From: Octopus sinensis
Lineage: Eukaryota
Assembly: GCF_006345805.1 (NCBI RefSeq)
Contig: NC_043002.1
Coordinates: 88,598,001-88,662,000, forward strand
Length of the DNA stretch: 64,000 bases
Reading direction: 5' to 3'
Shown: positions 9,951 through 23,004 of the stretch, piece after piece
How positions within the stretch are numbered: the stretch's first letter is position 1
Layout of the letters: every line of letters starts with the position of its first letter
Program-made: the position numbers and the translations under genes
Notes under the pieces: generated by a model
What the model saw: only the letters and a program-made list of their open reading frames with translations
The model's database searches: none
Told to the model about the DNA's origin: nothing

Positions 9951-12900
9951 TCTCCCCTTCAAAGTTTTTCTTTTTTTCTTAGGGAGTGTCATTTTATTTC
10001 TTTTAATAACAATACTTTATATATCAACCCACCACTTTTTTTTCTTAGTTACACATTTAATATTTTTTCCATTTGGTATCCACTTCCAGGAACTCCATAC
10101 ATTTTTTTTCTTATGCTTGTGTACATGGGTTCAATCACCTGTAGTGGCATTAGTATTTGCAAAGTATCATATAACCATTCCCTTGTATACACCTTTTCTA
10201 CTTTTTACCAAGTATAGCATTTCTCCTATGCATTTGGTAATCATGCCATCTTCCCAACTCTGTTTATCATTCTTATATGTTCCCACAAATACCTTTTCAC
10301 CAATTTTGAAAAATCTTGGTGTATTTTCCCTTGCAATTTTTTCTTTTCTTGCTTGGTAGCAATTTGTCGAAGACTGATTTTATTTTCCTCGCTGGTGACA
10401 TACCTGCTGGTGTATTTGAATTTGGTGTCATACACTATACTCTTAAGAATTGTTGTATAGCTACCTCATCCCTGACTTCCTTATTCGACTTTTTTTGGGC
10501 TCTCTTGAATGTACTGACAAAGCATTCTGCTTGTCCATTAGACCTGGGATGATGTAGTGCCATAGTTACATGTTCTACAGCAAGCGTTTCACAAAACTTT
10601 TTTAAATTCAAAAGACACAAATTGTGTTCCATTGTCAGACACTATTGCATTTGGGATGCCAAATCTCACAAACTTCTCATGTAAAAAATTTGTTACAGTC
10701 GAGGAGGCTGCTTTTTTTACACTTACAAGTTTCTGGTCATTTAGAGAAACTATCCACTATCACTAACTAGTATGAACTGTTTAAAGGACCAGTGAAATTG
10801 ATGTGTAGTCTTGACCACAAAGCATCCACTTTTGGCCAAGGTTCACATTTTATCATCAGTAATTTTGCTGCTAGAGCACATCCTCTACAGCCTTTCGCTA
10901 AATTTTCAATTTCTTTATCCATTTTTGGGCGGTACACGTACCTACACATCAAAGCTTTTGTCCTTGAAATACCAGGATGTCCAACATGAAATTCCTTCAA
11001 CATTTTTTTTGTAGTGTTTCAGGTATCACTATTTTCTGTGCATACATCAATATGCCATCACAAATTGAGTATAGGTTCACGTCTTGGTTTCATTTCACAC
11101 CAATCCTGTTCCTATTTACTTTTCCTGGTCACTGTGTTCTTTTCACTTCTGTTATGAATTTGTCCTTTACCGCATTTTGCTTTATGTCTTCAAGGGTTAC
11201 TGGTATTTCGCATACCACATTCCACACCACATTTTTTATTTCTCCTTCTGCTCTTAAAGCTGCAATTACTGTATCTTCAAACAGCCCACAGTGTTTTGGT
11301 ATCAGTCAGGACATACCATCCACATACCCTAGGTTTTTTTATGGTAAATATTCCATTTTGTAGTCACAATTCAATAATGTAGTGCCCCATCACTGTAGTC
11401 TATTTGCTGTGTGTGTCAGTATTCCTATTTTAGAACCATATATTGACAGTAGTTGGCAATGGTCTATTTGTAAAGAGAAACTTCTTCCATGAATAAACCT
11501 ATGGTATTTTTTCACACCAAATATGATTGCTAACTCTTCCTTTTTTTCTATCTGGCTATAGTTCCTTTCAGCTGGTAATAATGATCGTGACACAAGGGTT
11601 ATAGCCTTTTTATTCCCATTGTCATATTTGTGCAGAAGTGTGGCTCCTACACCGTAATCACTCGCATCTGTAGCCAATGTAGTGTCCAACTTTGGATCAA
11701 AATGCATGAACAATAAGTTCAATGTTTAAATGTTTTTTAACTTGTCAAATGCCTTCTGACACTTATCAGTCCAACACCATTTTGTATTTTCTTTAACAGA
11801 TCATTGAGCAGGGCCCTTATATTATATATATTGGGAATGTAAATTTGATAATAATTTACTAAACCCAAGGATGCTTATAATATAGTCACATTATTTAGCA
11901 TGGGCATATTTTTATTGCAGTTGCTCTGGATAGATTCAGTTTACATCCATTTTTATCTATGATCTGGCCCAAGTATTTAATTTTTTCATAAAAAACTCAC
12001 ATTTTTCTTCTGTTAACTTGAAGCCATATTCTCTAATCTTCTCAAATACCATTTTAACATGTTCTACATGTTGTTCATATTGTTTGCTTTTTATTAGAAT
12101 ATTGTCTAAATAGGCGATAGCAATATTAATGTGTATTGATGATTAATAAATGTGAACATTCTTCTTCAACTTGGATTTGTAGATATGCCTCCAAGAGGTC
12201 TAATTTTGAGAATAATTCCCCTCCATTCTGTTTTGCAAACATTTCCTCAAGACTTGGCAATGGGTAGTTATGTGAGATTAAGCAATCATTCAAACCTGTT
12301 GAAAAATCTGCACAAATCTTAACTTGTTATTTTTCTGTTTTACATAGACTGCCCAATCTGAGTGGTCCGTCTTCTCAATTATTCCTAGGCTCTTAAGTCT
12401 TTCAAGCTCCTTATTTACCTGGTCTATTGCCATGAGTGGTGTATTCCATTTTGGCTTAAATACAGGTGTTGCACTTTGTTTTACTGCAATCTTTGCTCTG
12501 GTTTTCATGCAACAGCCCAGTTCCTCCAAGTAAACGTTTGGAAATAAATGTTTTATTTTTTATTTCAATTGCTCAGCCACATTCAAACCTTCGACTGAAC
12601 TGACTATATTCCCACACAAAACACTTATGGGAGTATTCCACAATTTGAATAGTTCCATCCACTCTGTGCTGAATAGATTAACTGAATTTTTTGCGCATAC
12701 ATTTTTGCCATTTTCATCTGGTCCTGAACAGTTACATTACACACAAATTTGCCAACAAAATACAATCTTTTACCTGTAACACCATGTGCTACTTTTGTAG
12801 ATTTACTTAATTTTGGCTTACCCATATACTTCCAAGTTTTTTCATTCTCAATGGTAATATCACTTCCAGTGTCTAACTGCATTTTTGCTCTTATATTTTT

Positions 12901-14026
12901 AATTTTCCCATTTACGAATTTCCTTTTCATTACATTGCTATTTTCTTTCAGTGACATACTATTTATTCTTTTACCTTTATTCCAACATTTTGTCATCTTG
13001 GTTTTACAGTGTGCTTGTGTGTGTCCAATTTTTCCTCAATGGAAACATTCCTCTTTCTTAAACGAACAGTTTTTTCTCAGTTGCAGACCTCCACATGCAA
13101 AACATGGTTTTTTTTCCTGATTCTTGTCACGTTTGCACTGTATTTTAGCACAGACTTGCTTTCTATTCTGCCTATTTTTCACTCATTTCACTTGGGAGTA
13201 ATTTTTATGTCCTGTATCATGTTTTAAACTTAATATTCTTTCACACTCTTCTGACACTTGTTGTAAGGTTACAGCTTGGTTTTCTTCCATCTTAGCGAGA
13301 ATTCTTGTTCTTACTTCTGCGTCTTGCTCTGCAGTTAGCCCCTGAGTAAATATGAGGTACTTGAACATATCTGGCATTAATTCATCCAGTTTCAAGTTTT
13401 TACATTCCCTGTTAACTCTACCAGCAAATGTGATGTAGTCCTCCTCATTGTTCTTTTCTAGGTTCAAACATTTCCAATGTGTATTGAACAATGAGCTTTT
13501 CTCACTAAAATTTTATACAGTATGTCTATTGTATTTCTAAAGTTTTATGTCAGATTTTTTCGGAAGTACATAATTGCTATAATGCTCATGTTCTCCTGCT
13601 GCCAGTTTTCTTATGAATAAATGCATTTTCATATCGTCATTTCAATCTTTACCCTCTTTATAGAAGATTTGTTCATATCTTCTATGGTAAGCCTCGAAGG
13701 TAACTCATTCATCTGGTTCATACTTAAACCCTGTTATCGAGTTTGCAACATAATCTGGCAAGAACATTTTTTAGCATTTCCTGACAACTTACTATTCATT
13801 AATTTTAATTACAGCATTTGTTGCTGTAAAAATAATTGTTGTTGTTGTTGCTTCTGCTGTTGTTCTTGCAGTTGTAGCTGCTGTTGTTGTTGTTCTTTCA
13901 GTTGCTGTTGTTGCTGTTTTTACAACTTGAACAAACTGGCCCACAAATTTTCCATAATTTTACAATTTTTTTTCCATAAAATTCAAACAAAAAACTTTTG
14001 TGAGTTTGTTAATTCTTCATCACCAC

Positions 14027-14226
14027 TATTGCAATCCTTTATGTCAGATTGTCATAATATCCATTCTGCAGTATAGTTAATAAAACAAGTAAGACCATGA
14101 CTATTTATGACTGTCTACTAGGCACCTTCTTTTTATACAGACCAACATCACCTTATTTGTAATAACTGGCACATACCACTCGCCCCACGGGAGGGGGTGT
14201 ATCATTTTGCTATTATCCCCACAACA
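14027..14226 (-). repeat. 5' LTR of the Gypsy element
   Basis: tattgcaatc...ccccacaaca, followed on the minus strand by the PBS-like motif. Confidence 0.88.
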
Positions 14227-14570
14227 GAATAACAAATTCTTTGTGTACATAGTTGGTAGGCAGAAATGTGTCTTATCTTTTACTTGTTTCAGTCATTAGA
14301 CAGCAGCCATGCTGGGGCACTATCTTGAAGAGTTAAATCAAATTTACCCCAGTTTGTATTGTTTTTTTAAGTCTGGTACTTATTCTGTTGTTGAAGCATA
14401 TTGAACTTGTAATATATCTGGTCATATATTATGGTAGCAAAATGAAACACTGCATCCTTGCAAAGCAATTAACTTGTTAGTATAAAATACCAGATGTTAA
14501 AAGCAAATGGACTTCTAACTATTCTTTAACTATAGTTCATCTAAACTTCATGTGGTTATTGTTGTTATAC

Positions 14571-14729
14571 AGGCGTGGCTGTGTGGTAAGAAGCTTACCT
14601 CCTAACAACATGGTTCTGGGTTCAGTCCCACTGTGTGGCACCTTGGGCAAGTCTTCTTCTATAGCCTCAGGCCAACCAAAAGCCTTGTGAGTAGATTTGG
14701 TAGACAGAAACTGAAAGAAGCCCATTGGG

Positions 14730-14764
<35 letters not shown>

Positions 14765-15010
14765 TATATATTTGTGTGTATATGTCTGTCAGTGTTTGTC
14801 CCCACCCCACCCCATTATTGCTTGACAACCGATGTTGGTGTGTTTACATCCCTGTAACTTAGAAGTTCAGCAAAAGAGACCAATAGAATAAGTACTAGGC
14901 TTACAAAGAGTAAGTCCTGGAGACGATTTCTTCGACTAAAAAAACCCTTTGAAGCAGTGCCCCAGCATGGCCACTGTTAAATGACTGAAACATGTAGACA
15001 AATAAAAGAA
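14571..15010 (+). mobile_element. SINE family B, full length
   Basis: A-box tggctgtgtgg, B-box ggttcagtccc, ggcaccttgggcaagt core, tail aaatgactgaaac...aataaaagaat. Confidence 0.85.
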
Positions 15011-15489
15011 TTCAGCTCCAAAGTCAACCCCTTGGGCATATCTAAAAACCAAACAAGCCTTCTTATGTAAATAACAACTTTGTCCAGTTGAAACCTTGTT
15101 TAATATAGCAAAGGTATGATCTGAGGGAAATTTGACAGCTATTTCACAGGGACAACAATGTCATCAGCCTTCTCTTTCAATCTTAAGCCAAATCATTAAT
15201 TTGTACGTCTATTCAATCCCAAAATTTACTATTTCCCATAAGAATATATTATTTTTCAGAATTTCACTAGAGTGTTGACTTTTGCTTTTACCACTTGGCC
15301 CCATTTCAGGGCTTGTTTTACAAATTCACTTCTTGACTCATAGGAAAAGTCTAATACATGCACTTTCAACAGCATTCCATCATGTCTGACAATAATGTCG
15401 ATTTTCAAGCTATGTCCTTAATCTCCTTCACCGCAAGTTATACATACAATTCTTCTCAGGCATTCACTTTTAAGTACGTCATATTTTTC

Positions 15490-15496
15490 TCTTTCT

Positions 15497-15553
<57 letters not shown>

Positions 15554-15730
15554 TTCTGTCTGTATGCTTCTCTCTTTCTCTCACTCTCTTTCTGTCTGTA
15601 TGTTTCTCTTTCTCTCTCACTCTCTTTCTAGCAGTATGATCCTCTCTCTCTCTTCCTCTCTCAATCCCTCTCTCTCTTTCTCTCTATCCCCCCTCTCTCT
15701 CTCTCCTTCTTGCTCTGTCTCTGTATCTTT
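15490..15730. repeat. (CT)n-rich low-complexity tract
   Basis: Directly visible. Confidence 0.9.
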
Positions 15731-16123
15731 CCAGCTTTTAAAAACATGGATTGCAATCTAGAGGACAGAGTAAAACTTAAGTTACAAATTTTTTTATTGC
15801 TTTTTTTCTTTTTTGTTTTGTGATATAAAATAAAAATAAAATAATTTACATTCAAGCGATCCATTCCTATCAGTTGTATACCCACCTACAACTGAGGAAA
15901 ACAATAACTTTCACACTACCCCCTCACATCCCTTGCCCCCTTACCTCATATACATAACCGCTAGAACTTGCACATTTCACATAAGCAATGATATCAGGTT
16001 TCATGTTTGTGTAAAACAATAATAATTTTTTATTAACTTTTAAAAGAGAATCAATACCTGTAGGATTCAAGTGTTTTCTATTGGCTACACATTTACACAG
16101 TCAATATTTAAGACTGTATAAGG

Positions 16124-16545
16124 TGGCAAGCTGGCAGAATCATTGGTACGCTGGGCAAAATGCTTAGCAACATTTCATGTTTTTATGTTCTGAGTTCAAA
16201 TTCTGCCAAGATCCACTTTGCCTTTCATCCATTCCGGGTTGATAAAATAATTACCAGTTGAACACTGGGGTTGATGTAATTTATTTAACCCCTGAAATTG
16301 CTGGCCTTGTGCCAAAATCTGAAACCAAAATTTAAAACTGTATAAGGCAGCAAGCTGGCAGAATCATTAGCACATTGGGTACAATGCTAAATGGCATTTC
16401 ATCTGTCTTTACATTCTGAGTTCAAATTCTACTGAGGTCCATTTTCTCTTTCATCCTTTGGGGTTGATAAAATAAGTACCAGTTGCATACTGGGGTCGAT
16501 GTAATCAACTTTCCCCTTCCCCAAAATTTCAAGCCTTGTGCCAAA
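16124..16545 (+). mobile_element. Two adjacent family A-like SINE copies
   Basis: aagctggcagaatcatt...ttctgagttcaaattct...ggccttgtgccaaaatc occurs twice (~16124-16325, ~16345-16550). Confidence 0.75.
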
Positions 16546-16566
16546 ATCGAAATCGATCAACATCAA

Positions 16567-16910
16567 TGGAAATTGTAGCTGTGATACCAGTGTCGGTGGC
16601 ACGTAAGAGAACCATCCGAACGTAGCCATTGCCAGCGCCACCCCGACTGGCCTCCGTGCCGGTGACACGTAAAAAGCACCATCCGATCGTGGCTGTTTGC
16701 CAGCCTCATCTGGCACCTGTGCCGGTGGCACGTAAAAAGCACCCACTACACTCACAGAGTGGTTGGCATTAGGAAGGGCATCCAGCCGTAGAAACATTGC
16801 CAGATCAGACTGGGCCTGGTGCAGCCTTCTGGCTTCCCAGACCCCAGTTGAACCGTCCAACCCACGGTTGCTAAATGATGATGGTGATGATGATGATGAT
16901 GATGATGATG
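16567..16910 (+). mobile_element. RTE-associated 3' tail repeat ending in (GAT)n, with an internal triplicated gtgccggtggcacgtaaaaagcacc motif
   Basis: ggttggcattaggaagggcatccagccgtagaaac motif and ATG tail. The same family recurs at ~23700, 24130, 31470, 33450, 37840 and 48885. Confidence 0.65.
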
Positions 16911-17264
16911 TATCCATTGTTTTGTATTCCTCAATCTGATTCATGCCCTAGTTTGTCACATCGATCCACTTTCACATTGTATTTACTCGGTCAGCAATAA
17001 GAACAGAGCTCAGCTTACATTGTATTTGCTAGGCTAGAAATATAAACCCTACCTGGCTATAAAAGTAAATGGCTCCTAAAATGAATAATAAAAAACACAA
17101 TTTTATTTCTTCCTTCCCACACAAATTCTATCCATGCAAACATTATTTCTTTTTCTCTACAACTACATTATTCTGTCTGAATATTATTTAAGATAGTAAA
17201 GATGTGATTTGTGGGGAGATTTAACTGCTACATCCCATTCACTGAGACAACAATGTTGCCAGTT

Positions 17265-17429
17265 CTAGCGTAGGTTGGACGATTTTGACTGAGGACTGGC
17301 GAGCCAGATGGCTGCACCAGGTTTCAGTCTTGATCTAACAGCTGTAGAAACTCTGCTAGATCAAGATTGGTGCCTGGTGCAGCCATCTGGCTCGCCAGCC
17401 CTCAGTCAAAATCGTTCAACCCATACTAG
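17265..17429. repeat. Inverted repeat of RTE-tail fragments (~73-bp arms, 19-nt spacer)
   Basis: 17265-17337 is the reverse complement of 17357-17429, with few mismatches. Confidence 0.8.
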
Positions 17430-17794
17430 CATGGAAAGTGGACGTTAAACGATGATGATGAGGATGATGACACTCATGAGATTGTAGTTTCAGTTCCTGG
17501 ACTGGGTATTGCATTGTGCTCTTGAGCAAAACACTTCATCTCACACTGCTCTACAATCACTTCGACACCTGATGTGTGGTGTACCATGTACCTGTTCAGA
17601 CAACATCAGCTTGATGGAGAGAGTGAGCTACTGTACAAACACAAATATTTGGCCACTATGAAACAAATCATTTGTACAGGTTGTTCAGCAAGAAATTGCA
17701 CGATCTTCTCTCTCAGACAAGAGACTGCCATCATCATCATTGTTGTGTGGACACCCCCAGATGATGATGTAGGCTAGCCCAATACATAGATATA

Positions 17795-18022
17795 TATTTC
17801 TTGACTACCCACAAGAGGCTGCACACAGAGGAGACAAACAAGGACAGACAAGGGGATTAAGTCGATTACATCGACCCCAGTGCATAGCTGGTACTTAATT
17901 TATCGACCCAGGATTAAAGGCAAAGTTGACCTCGGCGGAATTTGAACTCGGAACGTAACGACAGACGAAATATGGCTATGCATTTCGCCCGGCGTGCTAA
18001 CGTTTCTGCCAGCTCGCTGCCT
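17795..18022 (-). mobile_element. SINE family A
   Basis: Reverse complement of family A. Confidence 0.85.
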
Positions 18023-18099
18023 TCCCAATACATAGATATAGAGGGAGACGCCTAGATGTCAAGAGTAGAGCAGAGTAGTGTTGAGTAGAAGGCATTCGA

Positions 18100-18255
18100 A
18101 CATGCAACATAACAGTGGCGATGAGGATTTCGTAGCTCACAAAACCACTGTGTAGTATTGCGATATAACAGTGGCGACAAGGTTTCAAATAGTACCGAAA
18201 TGGAAGAGTTACTGAAAGCAGATGTAAAACAACAAGAGCAGCAGCAGCAGCTCCA
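18100..18255 (+). mobile_element. Fragment of a third Gypsy-type element: LTR end, PBS and gag start
   Basis: ataaca|gtggcga occurs twice, then MEELLKADVKQQEQQQQ. This parallels MEELLASLLELQKQQQQ at 57667 and the gag start of the 9749-14226 element. Confidence 0.5.
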
Positions 18256-19103
18256 CGTGGCTCCGGCAGGGGGTGGTGGCGACCCCTGTTGTAGGAGGAG
18301 GAGGAGGATAATGGTTGACTTTGCCTTTCATCCTTTCAGGGCTGATACAATATGTACCAGCTGAGTACTGGGGTTGATTTAATCAACTGCTGCCGCCTCA
18401 CAAAAAGAAGGAAAAAAAAAATATTCTTTTCAAGCCTTGTGCTTATAGTAGAAAGGATTGTTATTGTTGTTATAGTTACTGCTGCTATTGTTATTGTTTT
18501 TGTTTACTGTTGTTAGTATTGCTGATGATATCCTTCTGATATGTTCTCTTCCTCATCCTCAATAAACAACTTCACCATCACTGCAAGAAGAAGAGGTCAG
18601 CTAGGTCAACACTCTAATCTCTAAAAACACTAGTTCAAAAACAAGAGGTTTTCACCACACACAAGTCTCCAGTATTACGGTACCTCTTCATTCTTGCATA
18701 AGTTTTATCCAAAGGAGGCTTTAAGGTCACCACTGCAATCAAATGATACGCTATACATTTACATTCTCTCTTTTATTTAGTGCACCAGACTACAATTCTT
18801 TTCTGTAGCATCCTTATTAAGAAGTGAAAATCAAAGGTTACGCGACTGAAAAGTAGGACATCCTGAATCTAAGAATGCTTCTGTTATACTAATGAATAAG
18901 TAAAACTTTAGGAGGTTGTAATTGGGGCAGCTTGACTATGTCTAAAATTGCTGGAATAAGCAAAATTATAAATCGTATATTGTTATTTAAAATTATATAT
19001 CACTTATGTTAAATATGACATAGAATGACAATTTAAATCAAAACAACATAGATTCATGACAATATGATGTGGCGTTCTGTGCATGTGTGTACATGTATAC
19101 ATG

Positions 19104-19104
<1 letters not shown>

Positions 19105-19147
<43 letters not shown>

Positions 19148-19215
19148 GTATGTATGTATGTATGTATGTATGTATGTATGCACGTATGTATATAGAAATA
19201 AAGAGACATACATAC

Positions 19216-19249
<34 letters not shown>

Positions 19250-19252
19250 ATG

Positions 19253-19327
<75 letters not shown>

Positions 19328-19360
19328 ATATATATATATATATATGTATGTATATATATG

Positions 19361-19394
<34 letters not shown>

Positions 19395-19436
19395 ATATAT
19401 ATATAAATATATATATAATATATATATGTATATATA

Positions 19437-19524
<88 letters not shown>

Positions 19525-19535
19525 TATATATAATA

Positions 19536-19570
<35 letters not shown>
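19105..19570. repeat. Long (TA)n/(TATG)n/(TG)n compound microsatellite
   Basis: Directly visible; source of the many YIYI ORFs. Confidence 0.95.
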
Positions 19571-19571
<1 letters not shown>

Positions 19572-19921
19572 TATAAAAATAAACAGAGAAAGAGATTAGT
19601 ATAGTTGGTATGAAGTATTGTCTGATACACATAAACATTCTTGATTTTTTTTTTTTGGTAATGCCAAAACATTGCATATTACTTCACCATTTCTCAAAAA
19701 ATTGCCTGAAGAAGGGGTCCTCTCCTTGAAATATTGCAACACATGGTAAAAGTACAAAATATCTTCTTGTATTGTTTCTTATAACTCACATTGTTTTGAC
19801 ATTAAAGAAAAATTAAAAACATGTATGTGTGTGTGTGTGTGCGCATATGTATGCACACACACATACATACACACATATGTACGACTTCTGTATGTTCCCT
19901 ACCTTCCATAATGCAGTGGTA
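19561..19921 (+). repeat. ~355-bp direct repeat, copy 1 (hammerhead-bearing)
   Basis: Aligns end to end with 23005-23358. Confidence 0.9.
19702..19739 (+). ncRNA. Putative minimal type I hammerhead ribozyme
   Basis: ttgc-CTGAAGA-a-gggg(tcctct)cctt-GAA-ATAT-T-gcaa. Stem I 4 bp, palindromic stem III. Confidence 0.6.
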
Positions 19922-21842
19922 AGTATCACTAAATGATGCACCCCATCTCCGTTTCAAAACTCAATTAGAACTACTTCCCATCATTTCCCTCACTTATATC
20001 ACTAATTACTGAGAAAAAATACAAAAATCAACACAATTCCATTTATCTTCTTTCTAAAAATATTAGGTTTCATAATTGTGTGAAACAATACTTTTATTAA
20101 ATTTTAGTGAGAACAGTGCCTGTTGGGCTTAAAGTGCTTATCATCATCATCATCATCATCATTAATATATTCAATATTTATTACTGTAGTCATTGCTATC
20201 TATCCCACAATTTCCTACTTGCCCTAGTTATTTCATTGATCCACACTTACATTGCACAGTTAGTAATATTTCTGTGAATATCTATGTGGAGCAAGAATAT
20301 TTGGCAGAGTACCAAACACCAACTCACTGCCTAGGAATCAAAACTGAGTTACTTTATTCACTTATTGAAATAACAATAACAGAAAGAGGGTGTTGTCAAG
20401 AGTTGATGACATCAGCAAAGCATTGACCATTTAAGTCAATAGACTAAAGAGAAGTTTAACTCCTTAAAGCCCAGTGTCATAAACGAGCACTTTTTGGACA
20501 AACCACGAATGAGATTGTCATTAATAATTTCATTTTTGGCGCCCCTTTTCTATGACTGACATGAGCTATATATAGTTATTTTGTTTGCTTGCCAGTGGTC
20601 ACAGTTCAGTGAAAACCAACTGTTGTATGAATTTATAGGCCTCTGACCTACACCTCACAACACCTCATGTCTCAGCCCACATTGTTCAATGACTGCATAC
20701 TTGAATATCTTCAAGCACGCTCATAAAGCTATAAATAATAGCATATAGTTTTTAAGTTGAAAAACTCTTTGGATGTTCAAAGAAAGGCATCCTTCAACTT
20801 TTACCACCCAAGGGTAATATTCTACATGCTATATATTCTATATAGCAAGAACAGCCAATGCATTTTGGCTTCTTTGGGCTTTGTCAATGGATTTACTCAG
20901 GGTCGATCACATACTTAGATGAGATTTGTCACCTTCAATATATACGAAAAACGTGAAAAACTTTCACTGGTAATATGAGTAATTCACAAAATTTGACATC
21001 TACTTGCCAGATTTTTGGGTGAAACAGTAATAATAAAGTACTTTCAGCCTTCCCATATTAAATCAAATAGGAGTTTTATGACTCATTGAGATAAAGTTTT
21101 TCTGTATTTTTGTCATTAATAAAAAGGTTTATAAATTGTTTTAATGATTACAACTGTGAAAGATACAATAGGGGAAAAAATTACTTGATAGCTGTTCAAA
21201 ATAAGGGGAGGAATTTTAGGAATTAGGGAAGTAGGTCATCACAAGGGGAGGAATGTGGTATGGAACACAGAGAATCTTTGCCTTAGAATCTTTGTCTTGG
21301 ATTATTCCTTTAGAATTAGAAGTTTTAACAGATTCTCAATAAATAACAAATCCACAGTTTATAAAACTTTCCCCACATATAAAATAAATTCTTGTGCTAT
21401 AGTTTCAAGGCTAATTATAAACTGTAGGGGATTCAGGATAGATCCCTGGTTGACAAATTCTTCCAAACTACATTCCTTGCCAAACTTTCTGTTAATTCTA
21501 ACTTCACTCCGACTGCCCTCCTACATAACTGAATCAATCTCACAAGTTTTCATTTACACCAAGCTTTATTATCCTTCACAAGAGGGCCTAGGACCTTATC
21601 AAATGCTTTCTACAGATTGCCAGATACAAAGTAGAGAGGTTTGTTTTAAGCTAATATTTTTCTTGTCATTTCCTAACTAAAAAATTTGTTGTCCCATAAA
21701 TTAGTGCAGCCCACACTACAATTTATCCAGGTTAATCTTCTTTCTTGAGATAACTTTGATAAAACACTCCCAGTTACATACAATACTTTATCCTTTAGCA
21801 ATGAACTTCTGTAATTTCACTTCCACAGTACATTTAACAAGG

Positions 21843-22212
21843 TGGAGGTGCAACGACCAAGTGGTTAGGGCAGTAGACTTGCGGTTTCAATTCCCAGACC
21901 AGGCGTTGTGAGTGTTTATTGGGCAAAAACACCTAAAGCTCAACATGGCTTCGGCAGTGGGGTGGCGACGAACCCTACTGTACTCTTTCACCACAACTTT
22001 CTCTCATTCTTTCTTCCTGTTTCCGTTGTACGTGTATTTCAAAGGGCCAGCCTTGTCACACACTGTGTCACACTGAATCTCCCCGAGAACTAACGTTAAG
22101 GGTACATGTGTCTGTGGAGTGCTCAGCCACTTGCACATTAATTTCATGAGCAGGCTGTTCTGTTGATTGGATCAACTGGAACCCTTGTCATTGTAACTGA
22201 CAGTGTGCCACT
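21843..22212 (+). mobile_element. tRNA-derived SINE, family C
   Basis: ccaagtggttagggcag...gtttcaattcccagacc head and a gggccagccttgtcaca...aagggtacatgtgtctgtggagtgctcagccacttgcac body that also occurs at ~47520-47650. Confidence 0.7.
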
Positions 22213-22366
22213 ACTATGTTTAACAATATTGCTATTATCTAATCAACTTAAGAAATAATTAACATACAACCTAGATAATCTTTTGACATTGCAACAAATA
22301 TCCTTAATGGATCTGCTGCTTTGTGTTCTCATTTATTTAATAGCCTTGCTAACTATACTCTTTTAC

Positions 22367-22574
22367 TCTTTTACTCTTCTACTTGTTTCAGTCATTTGAC
22401 TGCAGCCATGCTGGAGCACCGCCTTTAATCGAGCAAATCGACCCTAGGACTTATTCTTTGTAAGCCTAGTACTTATTCTATCGGTCTCTTTTGCCGAACC
22501 ACTAAGTTACAGGGATGTAAACACACCAACATCGGTTGTCAAGCGTTGTTGGGGGGACAAACACAGACACACAA

Positions 22575-22629
<55 letters not shown>

Positions 22630-22777
22630 ACGGGCTTCTTTCAGTTTCCGTCTACCAAATCCACTCACAAGGCTTTGGTCGGCCCGAGGCTATAGTAGAA
22701 GACACTTACCCAAGATGCCATGCAGTGGGACTGAACCCGGAATCATGTGGTTGGTAAGCAAGCTACTTACCACACAG
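22367..22777 (-). mobile_element. SINE family B
   Basis: Reverse complement of family B, little diverged. Confidence 0.85.
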
Positions 22778-23004
22778 CTGGTTGCTCTGACAGCTCTGAT
22801 TGTAGTAGTTCCCCACTTTCACACACAAATCATTCAACAATCTTTCATAGTTATACCACCTTGTCTTTTTCTTATGCAAAGTCAATCTACATCATTTTGG
22901 ACCTCTCACTAAAAGTCTTGATCCTTCTTGAACCATACAAACACACTGCCTATACTGCCTTGCAGTTCAGAATACTTCACCCATCTTATTCTTACGGTAA
23001 ACAA

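Larger units (their letters stand above)
9749..14226 (-). mobile_element. Full-length but decayed Gypsy-type (Mag/K02A2.6-like) LTR retrotransposon
   Basis: Two ~200-bp LTRs, 5-bp TSD GAATA (9744-9748, 14227-14231), PBS-like tggtgatgaagaat and PPT gaaggggaga. Minus-strand remnants in Gypsy order: Gln-rich Gag with CCHC knuckles, PR (MQLDTGSDIT, 12625-12996), RT (AYLDN ~12103-12117), RNaseH (LATDASDYGVGA, 11390-11722), IN zinc finger (HVGHPGISRTK), IN core (HPRSNGQAE). Many stops and frameshifts. Confidence 0.92.
21330..22990 (-). pseudogene. Decayed RTE-clade LINE ORF2 fragment (linker and RT), interrupted by two SINEs
   Basis: Minus-strand remnants KPLYFV..L*KAFDKV, KLGVNE.LVRLIQ, NQGSILNPLQFIISLETIAQEF, and upstream RWYNYERLLN. 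Confidence 0.65.

Noticed and set aside
9835-14076. Plus-strand ORFs up to 174 aa (and minus-strand 58452-59288, 278 aa)
   Set aside because: Antisense shadows of Gypsy gag-pol remnants.
15120-15175. Minus-strand CTGATGA...GAAATAGCTGTC resembling a hammerhead
   Set aside because: No stem I complement and no convincing stem II.
19069-19677. Long ORFs of YI/CV/HT repeats here and at many other loci
   Set aside because: Stop-free read-throughs of dinucleotide microsatellites.
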